NCBI GenBank assembly: GCA_041687695.1
Contig: JAWLBL010000033.1
Span: 28,014 to 92,013, forward strand
Source of the DNA: Myxococcota bacterium
GTDB lineage: Bacteria; Myxococcota_A; UBA9042; PHBI01; JAWLBL01
Direction: 5' to 3'
DNA: 64,000 bases
The notes under the pieces are model-generated. The model worked only from the letters and a program-made list of their open reading frames with translations. It made no database searches and had not been told where the DNA came from. Made by a program: the position numbers and the translations under genes. Below are positions 1-9,648 of the stretch, one piece after another. Position 1 is the stretch's first letter; each line of letters starts with the position of its first letter.

Positions 1-1
1 C

Positions 2-634
2 GCGGCCTGTGATCTGGTGCAGTGGCACCTGTACGGGCCGGAGATCTACGACACGCACGCGCTGGCGGCCGAGATGACGCGCAAGGTCCGCGAGACGCAG
101 CGGCACGGCAAGCCCATCCTGGTCGGCGAGTTTGGCTGGGGCGGCGAGGACCGCGCGCTCTGGGACCACACGCACGTCGGGCTGTGGTCGGCCTACTTCA
201 GCGGGGCCGCGGCCCTGAGCCACGCGGCGCCCGTGTTCAACGTCGACTCGGACGCGCCGCTGACCCCCGAGCGGGCGCGGCGGTTCACGGTGCTGGGGCG
301 CTTCGTCGCGGCGCTGGAGCCGCACGGGAACTTCACCCCCGTGGAAGTGGTGGCGGAGGGGCCGGAGGGGGTGACGGCTTGGGCCCTGGCGGGCGGCGAC
401 GCGCGGGCCGTGTGGTTGCTGGGCCCCAAGGCGGGCTACGGCGAGGGGGTCGCGGGCGCGACCGTCACCTGGGCCGGGATGACTCCTGGCACGTATCGGC
501 TGCGCTGGTACGACGACGCAGAGGGGACGTGGGCCGACGGGGGCGCGATCGAGGTCGGCGCGGACGGCGTCGCGCGGGCGGCGGCGCCAGAATTCGTGAG
601 GCACATCGCGGGGTTATTGGATCCGTCGCCCTGA
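2..634 (+). CDS. Glycoside hydrolase (clan GH-A / GH5-like) C-terminal part, truncated by the window start
   Basis: Frame open from base 2; D-L-V-Q-W-H-L-Y followed by KPILVGEFG (typical nucleophile Glu strand), then a beta-sandwich-like tail (PGTYRLRWYD). Confidence 0.6.
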   Translation, partial: AACDLVQWHLYGPEIYDTHALAAEMTRKVRETQRHGKPILVGEFGWGGEDRALWDHTHVGLWSAYFSGAAALSHAAPVFNVDSDAPLTPERARRFTVLGRFVAALEPHGNFTPVEVVAEGPEGVTAWALAGGDARAVWLLGPKAGYGEGVAGATVTWAGMTPGTYRLRWYDDAEGTWADGGAIEVGADGVARAAAPEFVRHIAGLLDPSP

Positions 635-706
635 CGGGCGGGCTTTCGCGCGAGGTGGGCGCGTCTACGGTTGTCCCGTCACCCCGTGGTCGACGGAGGA
701 GCCGAG

Positions 707-1522
707 ATGACCTATCCGCGCGAGGGCGAGGGCAAAAAGAGGAGCTATTGGTGGGCCTACCCGCTGGGGTTGGCGCTGGTAGTCGCCGTGATCGCGGGCC
801 TGCTGCTGTACGGACGCGGGGAGGCGCGGGGGCCCGGGCGCACGTTCTCGCCGATGCCGGAGCAGGGGCCGGAGGCGGGGCTGGAGACGCCGGTCGAGCC
901 TGGGGCGCCGGGCGGCCCGGCCGAGGCGCGGCCGCCGACGGGGGTGGACCAGATCGATGACGACAGCCCCATCGGCATCGAGCGCCCGGGGACGGGGCGG
1001 CCCTCCTTCGAGGATCCGAGGGTCGACCAGATCCCGGGCGTCCAGGAGGGGGACTTGCCGCCGGAGCGGCGCCCGGACCCGGAGGCGGTGGCCCCGGCGG
1101 GTGAGGCGCTGCGGATGGACGAGCTGGGGGCCGACGCCATCGCGTCGATGAACGCGGCGCCCGAGGCGTTCGACGGGCGGCCCCTGGCGCTGGGCGCCGC
1201 GCGAGTGGAGCAGGTCCTGGGGCCGGGGGTCGTGCTGCTGGGTCCGGTGAGCGAGGCGGAGCAGGCGCCCGCGGGGGCGCGAGGCGGCGCGGGAGCGCGG
1301 CAGCTGCTGGCCATCGGGGCGGGCGGCGAGGGCGATCCGCCGGAGGTCGGCGAGGTGGTGCAGGTGCAGGGGACGGTGCGGGCGCTGGGCGCGGAGCATG
1401 CGTCGCACCCGCAGCTGCCGGCCGGCGTGAACCTGAGCGGGCTGGGTGAGGTGAACGTGTACCTCGAGGTGGAGCGCCTCGAGCCGCGCGGCGGGTCGGG
1501 GGCGGCCCGGCCGGCGCCGTGA
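707..1522 (+). CDS. Hypothetical membrane-anchored protein, Pro-rich linker, beta-rich (OB-fold-like) C-terminal domain
   Basis: GGAGG SD before ATG 707; N-terminal hydrophobic helix after KKRSYWWAYP; C-terminal domain resembles that of 2142..3017. Confidence 0.7.
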   Translation: MTYPREGEGKKRSYWWAYPLGLALVVAVIAGLLLYGRGEARGPGRTFSPMPEQGPEAGLETPVEPGAPGGPAEARPPTGVDQIDDDSPIGIERPGTGRPSFEDPRVDQIPGVQEGDLPPERRPDPEAVAPAGEALRMDELGADAIASMNAAPEAFDGRPLALGAARVEQVLGPGVVLLGPVSEAEQAPAGARGGAGARQLLAIGAGGEGDPPEVGEVVQVQGTVRALGAEHASHPQLPAGVNLSGLGEVNVYLEVERLEPRGGSGAARPAP

Positions 1523-1532
1523 GGGAGGGGTC

Positions 1533-1973
1533 ATGAGGACGCAAGTGTACGGAAGGGAGGAGTCGGGCACCGGGCGCCGCCGCAGGTGGGTGTGGCCGGT
1601 GGTCGCCCTGGTGGTGGTGGCGCTGGGCATCCTGCTGGTGACGCAGTGGGACCGGCTCAACGGCGTCGAGGGGCGTCGTGGTGTGACGGTGGGCGCGCCC
1701 CCGGCGGGTGAGGCCGCGCCGATGCCGGACCCGTCGGGTGGGAGCATCGAGCCGGCGCGCGGCCCGCTCTCGGTGCCGCCGCCGCCGGGGCAGTTGCGCC
1801 CGGGGCGGGGGGGGATCCCCGAGCGGGCGCCCGACCTGCGCAGGTTGCCGGAGCCGACGCCGCAGCCGGTCGCACCCGGCCAGCCCGGGGTGCCGCCGCC
1901 GCAGCCAGGCACGCCTGGTCAGCCCGGGGCGTCGCCGCCCGGTGTGGCGCCGGAGCCTGGCGCCGCGCCCTGA
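1533..1973 (+). CDS. Hypothetical Pro-rich membrane-anchored protein
   Basis: GGAGG SD; RRRRWVWP followed by a hydrophobic helix; low-complexity Pro/Gly tail. Confidence 0.6.
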   Translation: MRTQVYGREESGTGRRRRWVWPVVALVVVALGILLVTQWDRLNGVEGRRGVTVGAPPAGEAAPMPDPSGGSIEPARGPLSVPPPPGQLRPGRGGIPERAPDLRRLPEPTPQPVAPGQPGVPPPQPGTPGQPGASPPGVAPEPGAAP

Positions 1974-2141
1974 GCGATGGGGGCGGGTGCGCCGCCGAGG
2001 CCCGTCGCGACCGCCCGACCCCCCCGCGGGGCTGGCCGGTGCGGCGGGCCTCGGCGTTCAAGGGGTACAGCGCGCCGGGGGCGGACCTAAGGTTGCGTTC
2101 GGCCCGGATGGGAAGGGCCAGATGGAATGGGGAGGTCCATC

Positions 2142-3017
2142 ATGAAGAAGGTGCATTCGAAGGCCGCGGCGTCGCCGCGGCGGTGGTGGCGCTGGCCGGT
2201 GGCGGTGGCCTCGGCCGCGGGGCTGGCGTTGGGGGCGCCGCTCGTCGTGGCGCAGGAGGCGCCGGGCGGGTCGCAGCCGCAGCAGCAGCAGCCGTGGCAG
2301 CAGCCCGGCCCTGGCGGCGCGGAGCGCGGCATGCCGGGCATGGGGGCGGGGGCCGCGGAGGCCTGCCCCGAAGGCAACGTCTCGGTGGCCGAGCTGCTGG
2401 TGGCGGCGGCCGACCCGTCGGTGCTCGAGGACAAGCAGGTCGAGCTGAAACAGGTCGAGGTCGTGCACAAGCTGGGCGACAAGGCGCTGCTGGTGAAGCC
2501 GGTCGGTCAGATCCTGGAGGATCTGGGCGGCGAGCCGACCGCGGGACAGGGCGCCTGGGAGACGCAGGGGCAGGACCGTCAGCAGCAGGGCGGCCAGGCC
2601 CTGGACCAGGCGCTCGAGCGTGACCAGGCGCAGCCGCGCTCGGGTCAGGAGCAGGCGCGCGAGGGCCAGCAGACGCAGCCGGACGGCGAGGAGGCGCTGC
2701 TGCTCGTGACGCTCGAGCAGCTGGAGGGTCAGCAGGCGCAGCAGGGCGACACGCCGCAGCGCCAGCAGGCCCAGCAGCCCGCGTCGCAGGCCCAGGGCAG
2801 CTCGTCGCAGGGCGAGGCGCTGCGTGCCGCCGACGTCCAGGTCGGTCAGATCCTCGTCATCGAGGGCACGATCAAGGACATCGAGGACGGTGGGTTGCCC
2901 GACTTCAGCAGCGACGAGCTGGGTGAGGTCGAGCGCAGCACCCTCGAGGAGCACAACATCCTCGTCGAGGCGAGCAGCCTCCATCGCGACACGTCGTCCA
3001 CCAGCGCGCTGCGCTGA
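2142..3017 (+). CDS. Hypothetical exported Gln-rich protein
   Basis: GGAGG SD before ATG 2142; signal-peptide-like N-terminus ending VVA-QE; Q-rich inserts within a beta-rich domain. Confidence 0.75.
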   Translation: MKKVHSKAAASPRRWWRWPVAVASAAGLALGAPLVVAQEAPGGSQPQQQQPWQQPGPGGAERGMPGMGAGAAEACPEGNVSVAELLVAAADPSVLEDKQVELKQVEVVHKLGDKALLVKPVGQILEDLGGEPTAGQGAWETQGQDRQQQGGQALDQALERDQAQPRSGQEQAREGQQTQPDGEEALLLVTLEQLEGQQAQQGDTPQRQQAQQPASQAQGSSSQGEALRAADVQVGQILVIEGTIKDIEDGGLPDFSSDELGEVERSTLEEHNILVEASSLHRDTSSTSALR

Positions 3018-3051
3018 TCGCGCCGGGTCGCGGCGACCTGCCCGACCGACC

Positions 3052-3086
3052 GAGCCCCGGGGGGCCCGTCCCTCGGGGCTCTCTTC
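3052..3086 (+). terminator. Probable intrinsic terminator
   Basis: 12-bp stem GAGCCCCGGGGG / CCCTCGGGGCTC (one G-U pair) followed by TCTTC, 35 bp after the stop at 3017. Confidence 0.55.
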
Positions 3087-3136
3087 GTGAGCGGCGCCTT
3101 CCTTTTCCATGGGGCGCCGCAGGTCCGTCGTTGTGG

Positions 3137-3169
3137 CCGAGTCCGAGTCCGAGTCCGAGTCCGAGTCCG
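3137..3169. repeat. Hexanucleotide microsatellite (CCGAGT)x5.5
   Basis: Perfect tandem CCGAGT units, continuing as degenerate CCGTGG/CCGAGA units; intergenic. Confidence 0.9.
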
Positions 3170-3368
3170 TGGCCGAGACCGTGGCCGCAAGCGAGGCCAC
3201 GCTCCGCTACGACAGCGGCGACGGAGCCGCCAACGGCCACCAGTTCGGTTCACCTCGGAGGCGGTCCCGAGCGTGTCTGCGGCATGCGCGCGCCCGCTTG
3301 CCGCTCCCCGGCAAGTCGGCTACATCGTGGCCGGTGCGAGATCGCGCACATTTCACCCGGGGGAACAC

Positions 3369-4337
3369 ATGCTCAGGAAGACGCTCAAGTGGGGTGCGCT
3401 CGTCCTCGTCGTGCTCGTCGGCGGCCTCGCCGCCTACGTCGGCGTGCGCAAGGACCGGACCTTCGACGCGCCGCTGCCGGCCCTGGCCGCCAGCGACGAT
3501 CCCGCGGTCATCGAGCGCGGCCGCTATCTGGTCTATGGCCCCGCGCACTGTGGCAGCTGCCACATCGCGCCCGACAAGCTGGCCGAGGCCGAGGCGGGCG
3601 TCGAGCTGCCCCTGGTGGGCGGCTTCACCTTCGAACTGCCGCTGGGCAAGCTGTACGCCCCGAACCTGACGCCCTGCAAGGAGACCGGCATCGGGCGCTA
3701 CTCGGACGGCGAGATCGCGCGCGTGCTGCGCCACGGCGTGCGGCCGGACGGTCGCGCCGTCTTCCCGCTGATGCCCTTCCAGAACCTCTCGGACGAGGAC
3801 GTCGTCGCCGTCCTGTCCTTCCTGCGCGCGCAGCCGCCCGTGCGCAACGCGGTCCCGGACCACGAGTACTCCCTGCTGGGCGACATGGTCCGCGCCCTGG
3901 CGCTCGAGCCGGTCGGCCCGACCGGCGTGCCTCCCAAGCAGGTCGCCATCGGCGACCAGGCCGACTATGGCAAGTACCTGTCCGAGTCGGTCGCCAACTG
4001 CGTCGGCTGCCACACCGACCGCGATCTCGCGACGGGCGAGTTCATCGGCCCGCCGTACGCGGGCGGGCTGCGCCTCGAGGCGCTGGGCGAGCCCGGCATG
4101 GTCGTCGTCAGCCCCAACCTGACGCCGGATCCCAAGACGGGGCGCATCGCCAAGTGGTCCGAGGCGGACTTCATCGCGCGCATGCGCGCCGGCGCCACCG
4201 TGCAGGGCACCCACATGCCCTGGGCGTCGTACCGGCTGATGAGCGACTCCGACCTGCGTGCCATCTATCGGCACCTGATGTCGGTGCCGCCGGTCATGCG
4301 CGAGAACGGCCCGCCGCTGCAGCCCATCGACGGCTGA
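3369..4337 (+). CDS. Membrane-anchored diheme c-type cytochrome
   Basis: N-terminal TM helix; two CxxCH motifs (CGSCH, CVGCH), each followed by PNLTP and an MP axial-ligand motif. Confidence 0.9.
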   Translation: MLRKTLKWGALVLVVLVGGLAAYVGVRKDRTFDAPLPALAASDDPAVIERGRYLVYGPAHCGSCHIAPDKLAEAEAGVELPLVGGFTFELPLGKLYAPNLTPCKETGIGRYSDGEIARVLRHGVRPDGRAVFPLMPFQNLSDEDVVAVLSFLRAQPPVRNAVPDHEYSLLGDMVRALALEPVGPTGVPPKQVAIGDQADYGKYLSESVANCVGCHTDRDLATGEFIGPPYAGGLRLEALGEPGMVVVSPNLTPDPKTGRIAKWSEADFIARMRAGATVQGTHMPWASYRLMSDSDLRAIYRHLMSVPPVMRENGPPLQPIDG

Positions 4338-4421
4338 TCGGCGCGGGACCCGACGCGCGGCGCGGCGCATCACGCCTTGGGCGGGGTGCGCCGCTTCGAG
4401 TCTGGGGCCGGGCGCGCCGGA

Positions 4422-5015
4422 TCACGCCTTGGGCGGGATGCGCAGCACCTTGCCGGGGTGCAGCCCCCCGATGTCCGGGTTGGCCGCCTTGATCTCCTCG
4501 TGGCGGCGCCCGTCGCCGTAGTACCGCTGGGCGATGGCCCAATAGGACTCGCCCTGCTGCACCACGTGATAGGTCGCGTCGTCCTCGATGCCCGGCACGA
4601 CCAGCACTACGCCCGGGTGCAGCGCCTTCACGTCGGGGTTGGCCTGCCGCAGCGCGGGATGCTTGCGCCCGTCGCCCCAGTGCTTCTGCGCGATGCGCCA
4701 CCACGAGTCGCTCTTTTGCACCTCGTAGGTGCGCTTGCTCTGGTCGGCGGCTCCGGGCGGCGGCCTCTCGTGCTGCTCGCGCGCCAGGTACGAGTCGGTC
4801 GGCGAACCGGCCGCGTAGGTGAGGCGCGAATGGACGTCGGCGGCGCCGCGCGTGAAGGCCACGTCGATGGCCTCGGCCTCCTGGCCGGGGTCGTCGATCT
4901 CGCCCGTGAGGGTCACCTCACCCGACTCGGCGACCTCGACCTGCACTCCCGGCAGGCCTAGATCGTGCAAGCCTTCGGTGATGCTCTCGTGCAGCTGGGA
5001 CACGGCGTTCGACAT
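4422..5015 (-). CDS. BON + two LysM domain protein
   Basis: GEVTLTGEI (BON-like); two LysM repeats YEVQKSDSWWRIAQKHWG..ANP and YHVVQQGESYWAIAQRYYG..ANP. Confidence 0.85.
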   Translation of the reverse strand: MSNAVSQLHESITEGLHDLGLPGVQVEVAESGEVTLTGEIDDPGQEAEAIDVAFTRGAADVHSRLTYAAGSPTDSYLAREQHERPPPGAADQSKRTYEVQKSDSWWRIAQKHWGDGRKHPALRQANPDVKALHPGVVLVVPGIEDDATYHVVQQGESYWAIAQRYYGDGRRHEEIKAANPDIGGLHPGKVLRIPPKA

Positions 5016-5114
5016 GGGGGCCTCGCCTGGGGGTCGTGGGGATCGCCCGTCGTCATGCCAGCGCCGCGTGCGGTGCGTCAACCCGCCGGCTGCGAACGCA
5101 GGGTCGGCGGAGGG

Positions 5115-6275
5115 TCAGCCCACCAGGCGCCGCAGCGCGTCGCCGTACAGGCGGATGCGCTTGTCGCCCAGCTGCGGCACGGCCTCCAGATCGTCCGCGC
5201 CGCACCGCTTGAGGTGCTCGAGCGCCCGCGCCGGCAGCACCACCTGCAGCGTCACCCCGCGCCGCTCGGCCTCCTGCCGCCGCCACTCCTTCAGGCGCGC
5301 CTCGCGCTCGCGCTCCTCGGGGCCGACCTCGCGCCCCACCGGCCGGGGCGGCGGCTCGGGCGGCGCGGCGGCCGCCTCGTTCACCACCCGCAGCAGATCC
5401 TGCGCCAGCGCCCCGCGCAGGCGCCCCGGCAGGCGCTTGCGGCCCAGCGCCTCCTGGGTCATCGGCGGCCGCTCGGCCAGCGCCAGCAGCGCCGCGTTGG
5501 CCAGCAGCCTGCCCGGCGGCACGTCCAGCGCGCGCGCCTGCTCGTCGCGCCACGCGTACAGCGCCGTCAGCATCGGCAGCGCCCGCTTGGGCAGCTCCCG
5601 CAGGCCCTTGAGGCGCCACATCCCGGCGGGATCGAACCCCGCCTCGTGCGCCCCCGTCTCCTCGACGGCGCGGTTGGCGATGGCGACCTCCTCCTCGAGG
5701 TCGGCCTCGCGCACGCGCTCCATCAGCACACGCGCCACCTCGGGCAGGTGGATGACGTCGTCCAGCGCGTACAGCAGCGCGTCGTCGGCCAGCGGTCGCG
5801 TGGCCCAGTCGTACTGGCTCAGGTGCTTGGGCAGGCTCACGCCGCAGATCGCCTCGACCAGGGCCCCGTAGCCCGTCCGCTCCCAGCCCAGCAGGCTCGC
5901 CGCCTGTTGCGTGTCGAACAGCCCGCCCAGCGCCAGGTCGTACTCGCGCTTGAGCACGGCCACGTCGTACTCGCCGCCGTGCACGAACACGCGCCGCGCG
6001 TCCCCCGCCAGCAGCTCGGCCAGCCCGCCCAGCGCGCCCGGCCCGGTCGGCAGCGCCAGCGTGTCCACCATGAACAGACGCCCCGCCGCGTTGATCTGCA
6101 GCAGACACACCCGCTCCCGGTAGGCGTGCATCGAGTTGCTCTCCGTGTCGATCGCGCACCACGGCGCCGCCTCGACCGCCCGCGCGACCTCCTCGAGGCC
6201 CGCCGCGTCGCTCACCCACCGATGCTCCGCCCGCTCCGTCCCGCTCGTCATCGCGCTCGTCACCTCTTGCGTCAT
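5115..6275 (-). CDS. rnd: Ribonuclease D-like 3'-5' exonuclease with HRDC domains
   Basis: AIDTESNSMHAYRERVCLLQI, FDTQ, DWATRPL..YALDDV DEDDy motifs; WRDEQARALDVPP and a C-terminal HRDC. Confidence 0.85.
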   Translation of the reverse strand: MTQEVTSAMTSGTERAEHRWVSDAAGLEEVARAVEAAPWCAIDTESNSMHAYRERVCLLQINAAGRLFMVDTLALPTGPGALGGLAELLAGDARRVFVHGGEYDVAVLKREYDLALGGLFDTQQAASLLGWERTGYGALVEAICGVSLPKHLSQYDWATRPLADDALLYALDDVIHLPEVARVLMERVREADLEEEVAIANRAVEETGAHEAGFDPAGMWRLKGLRELPKRALPMLTALYAWRDEQARALDVPPGRLLANAALLALAERPPMTQEALGRKRLPGRLRGALAQDLLRVVNEAAAAPPEPPPRPVGREVGPEEREREARLKEWRRQEAERRGVTLQVVLPARALEHLKRCGADDLEAVPQLGDKRIRLYGDALRRLVG

Positions 6276-6420
6276 GGCCCCGCCATTGGACCAACCACGC
6301 CGATTTGTCCACTCATTAGCCGGCTTCCTCGGCGAAGCTCGCCGAACGCCGCCCCGCGCGCTGGCCTGCGTCCGCGCGGGTGCGTAAGGATGGAGACCGT
6401 CGCCGACCCGGAGCCGTCGC

Positions 6421-7467
6421 TTGCGTCCATTGCCTCCCGCCTTGCTCGCCGCCACCGCCCTCGCCCTCGTCGCCTGCCGCGAGCGCCCCTCCCCGCCGCC
6501 CCCCGCTCCACCCGAGGCGGGGCAGCCGCTCGGCGACGCGCCGCCAGACGCGCTCCCCTCGAAGCCGCCCACCCTGCAGGACCTGGCCCGGCTCCACGCC
6601 TCGCAGGCCCCGCCGCTCGACCGCTGCGAACGCATCGACGCCTGGGCCGAGGCCCTGCGACGCGCCGACGCCGGGGCGCTGCCTCCGCCGCCCGAGCTGC
6701 TCGAGCCCCCCGAGCCCAGCGTCCCTCCGATGGCCCTGCGGCTCGGCCCGCTCTGGGTGCCGTTCCCCAGCGGCGACTACGCGGCCCGCCTCGAGACGGT
6801 CGACGTCGCCGGCCGCCCCCGCCCGCGGCTCGTGCTGACCTCGTCCGACCTCGAGCTCTCCGTGTCCATGACCGACGCGGCCCGCCCGCTCAACGACGCC
6901 TTCGCCCCGCTCGACGGCCCCATGCCGCCCGCCCCGACCGCCGCCACGCGCGCGCTGTTCGGCGACGCGCCGCCGACCCGGCTGTCGCTGATGCGCGAGA
7001 CCGCCCTCCCCATCCCGCCCTGCGACCCCGACGAGGTCGACGCGGCGCTGCGGCCCCTCCTCGCGCGGACCCACTTGCGGGCCCGGACGACGGACGCCCA
7101 CCGCGTGACCGACTCCCTGGCAGCTCCGGGGGCCGTGCTAACCGCGCGCCCGGGCGGACAGGGGCTGCCGGTCTGGGAGGTGGACCTGCCGGCCGAGGGC
7201 ATGGCCTGGCGCGTCGCGTACGCGCCCCGGAGTCCCGAGGCGGCCGCCGAGTCGGCGGCCCGTGCGCGCCAGGTCGCGCTCGAGCCCCAGCGCGCGGTGC
7301 GCCCGTTGCCCGCCCCGGTGTGGCTCGAGGACCTGGCGCGCGCCTTCGGCGGCGACGCGGCGGCCGCGGGCCGGCTGCTGGGGGCCCCGTCCGAGGGGCT
7401 GGACGCGGCGACCCTGCAGTGGCTGCGCGTGCTCGGTCCCCCGCCGGCCGGGGACGCGGCGCCCTGA
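6421..7467 (+). CDS. Hypothetical lipoprotein
   Basis: TTG start (uncertain), lipobox LALVAC; GC3-biased frame filling the gap between flanking genes. Confidence 0.6.
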   Translation: MRPLPPALLAATALALVACRERPSPPPPAPPEAGQPLGDAPPDALPSKPPTLQDLARLHASQAPPLDRCERIDAWAEALRRADAGALPPPPELLEPPEPSVPPMALRLGPLWVPFPSGDYAARLETVDVAGRPRPRLVLTSSDLELSVSMTDAARPLNDAFAPLDGPMPPAPTAATRALFGDAPPTRLSLMRETALPIPPCDPDEVDAALRPLLARTHLRARTTDAHRVTDSLAAPGAVLTARPGGQGLPVWEVDLPAEGMAWRVAYAPRSPEAAAESAARARQVALEPQRAVRPLPAPVWLEDLARAFGGDAAAAGRLLGAPSEGLDAATLQWLRVLGPPPAGDAAP

Positions 7468-7474
7468 CCCGACG

Positions 7475-9079
7475 TCAGGGCAGCAGCACGCCCGGGTTCA
7501 TCACGCCGGCCGGGTCCAGGGTCGCCTTGACGGCCGCCAGGGCGCGGCCGAATGGCTCGGGCGTCTGCTGGGCGAACCAGGGCCGGTGCGTGCGGCCGAC
7601 CGCGTGGTGGTGGGTGATGGTGGCGCCGTGGGCGACCAGCGTGTCCGAGGCGGCGGCCTTGATGGCGGCCCACTGCTCGAGCTCGGCGCCGTCGCGGGCG
7701 GGCGCCAGGAAGGTGTAGTAGGGCGCCGGGCCGTCCGGGTAGACGTGCGTGAAGCGGCAGGTCAGGCGGCCCTGGCCGCAGTGGGCCTTCATGGCGGCGC
7801 GGACGTTGGCGACGAGCGCGGCGTGCAGCGCCGGGAAGGCGGTCCAGGTGCAGGCGGTCTCGAAGGTGTCGACCAGCACCCCCAGGCTGACCAGCACGCC
7901 CTGCAGATAGGGCGCGTCGAAGAAGGCCTGACGCCACGCGCCCGAGGCGCCCTCGGCGGGTTCGTCGGCGGCGCCTTCGCCGGACACGTTCGGGGCGCCG
8001 GCCGCGCCGCCGTGGCGCTCGCACAGGGCGATGGCCTGGCCGAGCAGCCCGTCGACCGGGGCTTCGGCCGACTCGAAGGCGACCAGCAGGACGTGGGTCC
8101 CGTCGCGCGTGACCTGATGGAGGGCGGCCTCGCGCGCGTCCAGCAGGCGGGCGTTGGCCGGGTTCAGGCCGGACTGGGCCAGGGCGCGCGTCGCGGCGAC
8201 GGCGGCGTCCCAGTCGGCGAAGCGGACGCTGACGCGGGCGCGGTGGGTGGGGCGGGGGCGCACGCGCATCGTGGCCTCGGTGATGACGCCGAAGGCGCCC
8301 TCGGAGCCCAGCGCGAGGCGGTTCGGGTCGGGGCCGGCGCCGGAGGCGGGCCAGCGCGGCGTCTCGAGGACCCCGGTGGGCGTGACCAGGCGGACCGACT
8401 GGACGAAGTCGTCGATGTGCGTGTGGACGGTCGCGAAGTGGCCGCCGGCGCGGGTGGCGATCCAGCCGCCCAGGGTCGACAGCTCGAAGCTCTGCGGGTA
8501 GTGGCGCAGGGTCAGCCCGTGGTCGGCGAGCTGCGCCTCGAGGCGCGGCCCCTTTGCGCCGGCCTGGATGCGCGCCGTGCGCGAGACGGGGTCGACCTCG
8601 AGCACGCGGTCGAGGCGGCCCAGGTCCAGGCTGGCCGTGCCCGCGAAGCCGGCGGGGACCTCGGGCTCGACGCCGCCGACCACGCTGGTGCCGCCGCCGT
8701 ACGGGATGAGGGCCACGCGCGCGTCGGCCGCCCAGGCGATGGCCGCGACCACGTCGGCCTCGTCGCGCGGGTGCAGGACCAGGTCGGGGGCGCGGCCGAA
8801 GTCGCCGCGGAAGCCGCGCACCAGATCGGGGTAGCCGCGGCCGTGCGTGTGCAGGGCGCGGTCCAGCCGATCGGTCGACGCGACGTCGGCCAGCGCGGCG
8901 GGCGCGCTCAGGCGCGGCGCGGGCATGCGGACGTCGTCCAGGGTCGGCGTCGGGCGGGCCTCGAGCGCCGGGAAGCCCAGCAGGGCCGAGGCCATCCGCG
9001 CCTGCTGGCGGCGCGCCTCGTCGGACGGGAAGCGGTCCTCGTAACCCCAGGCCCAGAAGCTGCGTGTGCGTTCGTTCAT
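7475..9079 (-). CDS. FAD-binding oxidoreductase, alkyldihydroxyacetone-phosphate synthase-like
   Basis: PYGGGTSVVGG, HYPQSFELSTLGGWIATR, GSEGAFGVITE, THVYPDG, HHHAVG, DPAGVMNPG motifs. Confidence 0.85.
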   Translation of the reverse strand: MNERTRSFWAWGYEDRFPSDEARRQQARMASALLGFPALEARPTPTLDDVRMPAPRLSAPAALADVASTDRLDRALHTHGRGYPDLVRGFRGDFGRAPDLVLHPRDEADVVAAIAWAADARVALIPYGGGTSVVGGVEPEVPAGFAGTASLDLGRLDRVLEVDPVSRTARIQAGAKGPRLEAQLADHGLTLRHYPQSFELSTLGGWIATRAGGHFATVHTHIDDFVQSVRLVTPTGVLETPRWPASGAGPDPNRLALGSEGAFGVITEATMRVRPRPTHRARVSVRFADWDAAVAATRALAQSGLNPANARLLDAREAALHQVTRDGTHVLLVAFESAEAPVDGLLGQAIALCERHGGAAGAPNVSGEGAADEPAEGASGAWRQAFFDAPYLQGVLVSLGVLVDTFETACTWTAFPALHAALVANVRAAMKAHCGQGRLTCRFTHVYPDGPAPYYTFLAPARDGAELEQWAAIKAAASDTLVAHGATITHHHAVGRTHRPWFAQQTPEPFGRALAAVKATLDPAGVMNPGVLLP

Positions 9080-9203
9080 GGCGGCGAGTCTGACCCATCG
9101 CGCCGGCCCCCGCCAGCGCAGTCACCGCCCACGCGCTGGCGTCGCGCGCGCCGAGTGGCTACAACGGCCCATCCCGGCAACGTTCACGGCACGCGAGGCG
9201 CCC

Positions 9204-9602
9204 ATGGCCATCCCCAGCGAAGTGCACCGTCTGCTCGCGCAGCGCGACGGCTCGACGCGCGTGGCGCTCGTCGGTGCCAACAACGACCCCAGCAAGTACG
9301 GCTCGATCATCTTCCTGGATCTGGCGCGCAAGGGCTTCACGGTCCTGCCCATCCACCCGCGCGAGCCGACCGTGCACGGCGCCGCCGCCTACCCCACGGT
9401 GGCCGACGCCCCCGGGCCCATCCACATCGTGAACTTCGTGGTGCCCCCGGCGGTCGCGCGCCAGGTCGTGGACGCCCTCGACCCCGCCCGGTGCGACGTC
9501 CTGTGGTTCCAACCCGGCGCCTACGACCCCGCGGTCGTGCGCGCCGCCCGCGACCGCTTCCCCACCGTCATCGTCGGCGACTGCATCATGGTCGAGACCT
9601 GA
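9204..9602 (+). CDS. CoA-binding protein (YccU-like)
   Basis: VALVGANNDPSKYG, PIHP, WFQPGA, DCIM motifs. Confidence 0.85.
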   Translation: MAIPSEVHRLLAQRDGSTRVALVGANNDPSKYGSIIFLDLARKGFTVLPIHPREPTVHGAAAYPTVADAPGPIHIVNFVVPPAVARQVVDALDPARCDVLWFQPGAYDPAVVRAARDRFPTVIVGDCIMVET

Positions 9603-9648
9603 TCCTCCCGACCCGCCGACCCCCTCGCCGCGGCCGCACTCCATCCGC

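Noticed and set aside
1993..2056. 16-bp inverted repeat after the 1533 gene as a terminator
   Set aside because: Long loop and no U-tract; function cannot be supported.
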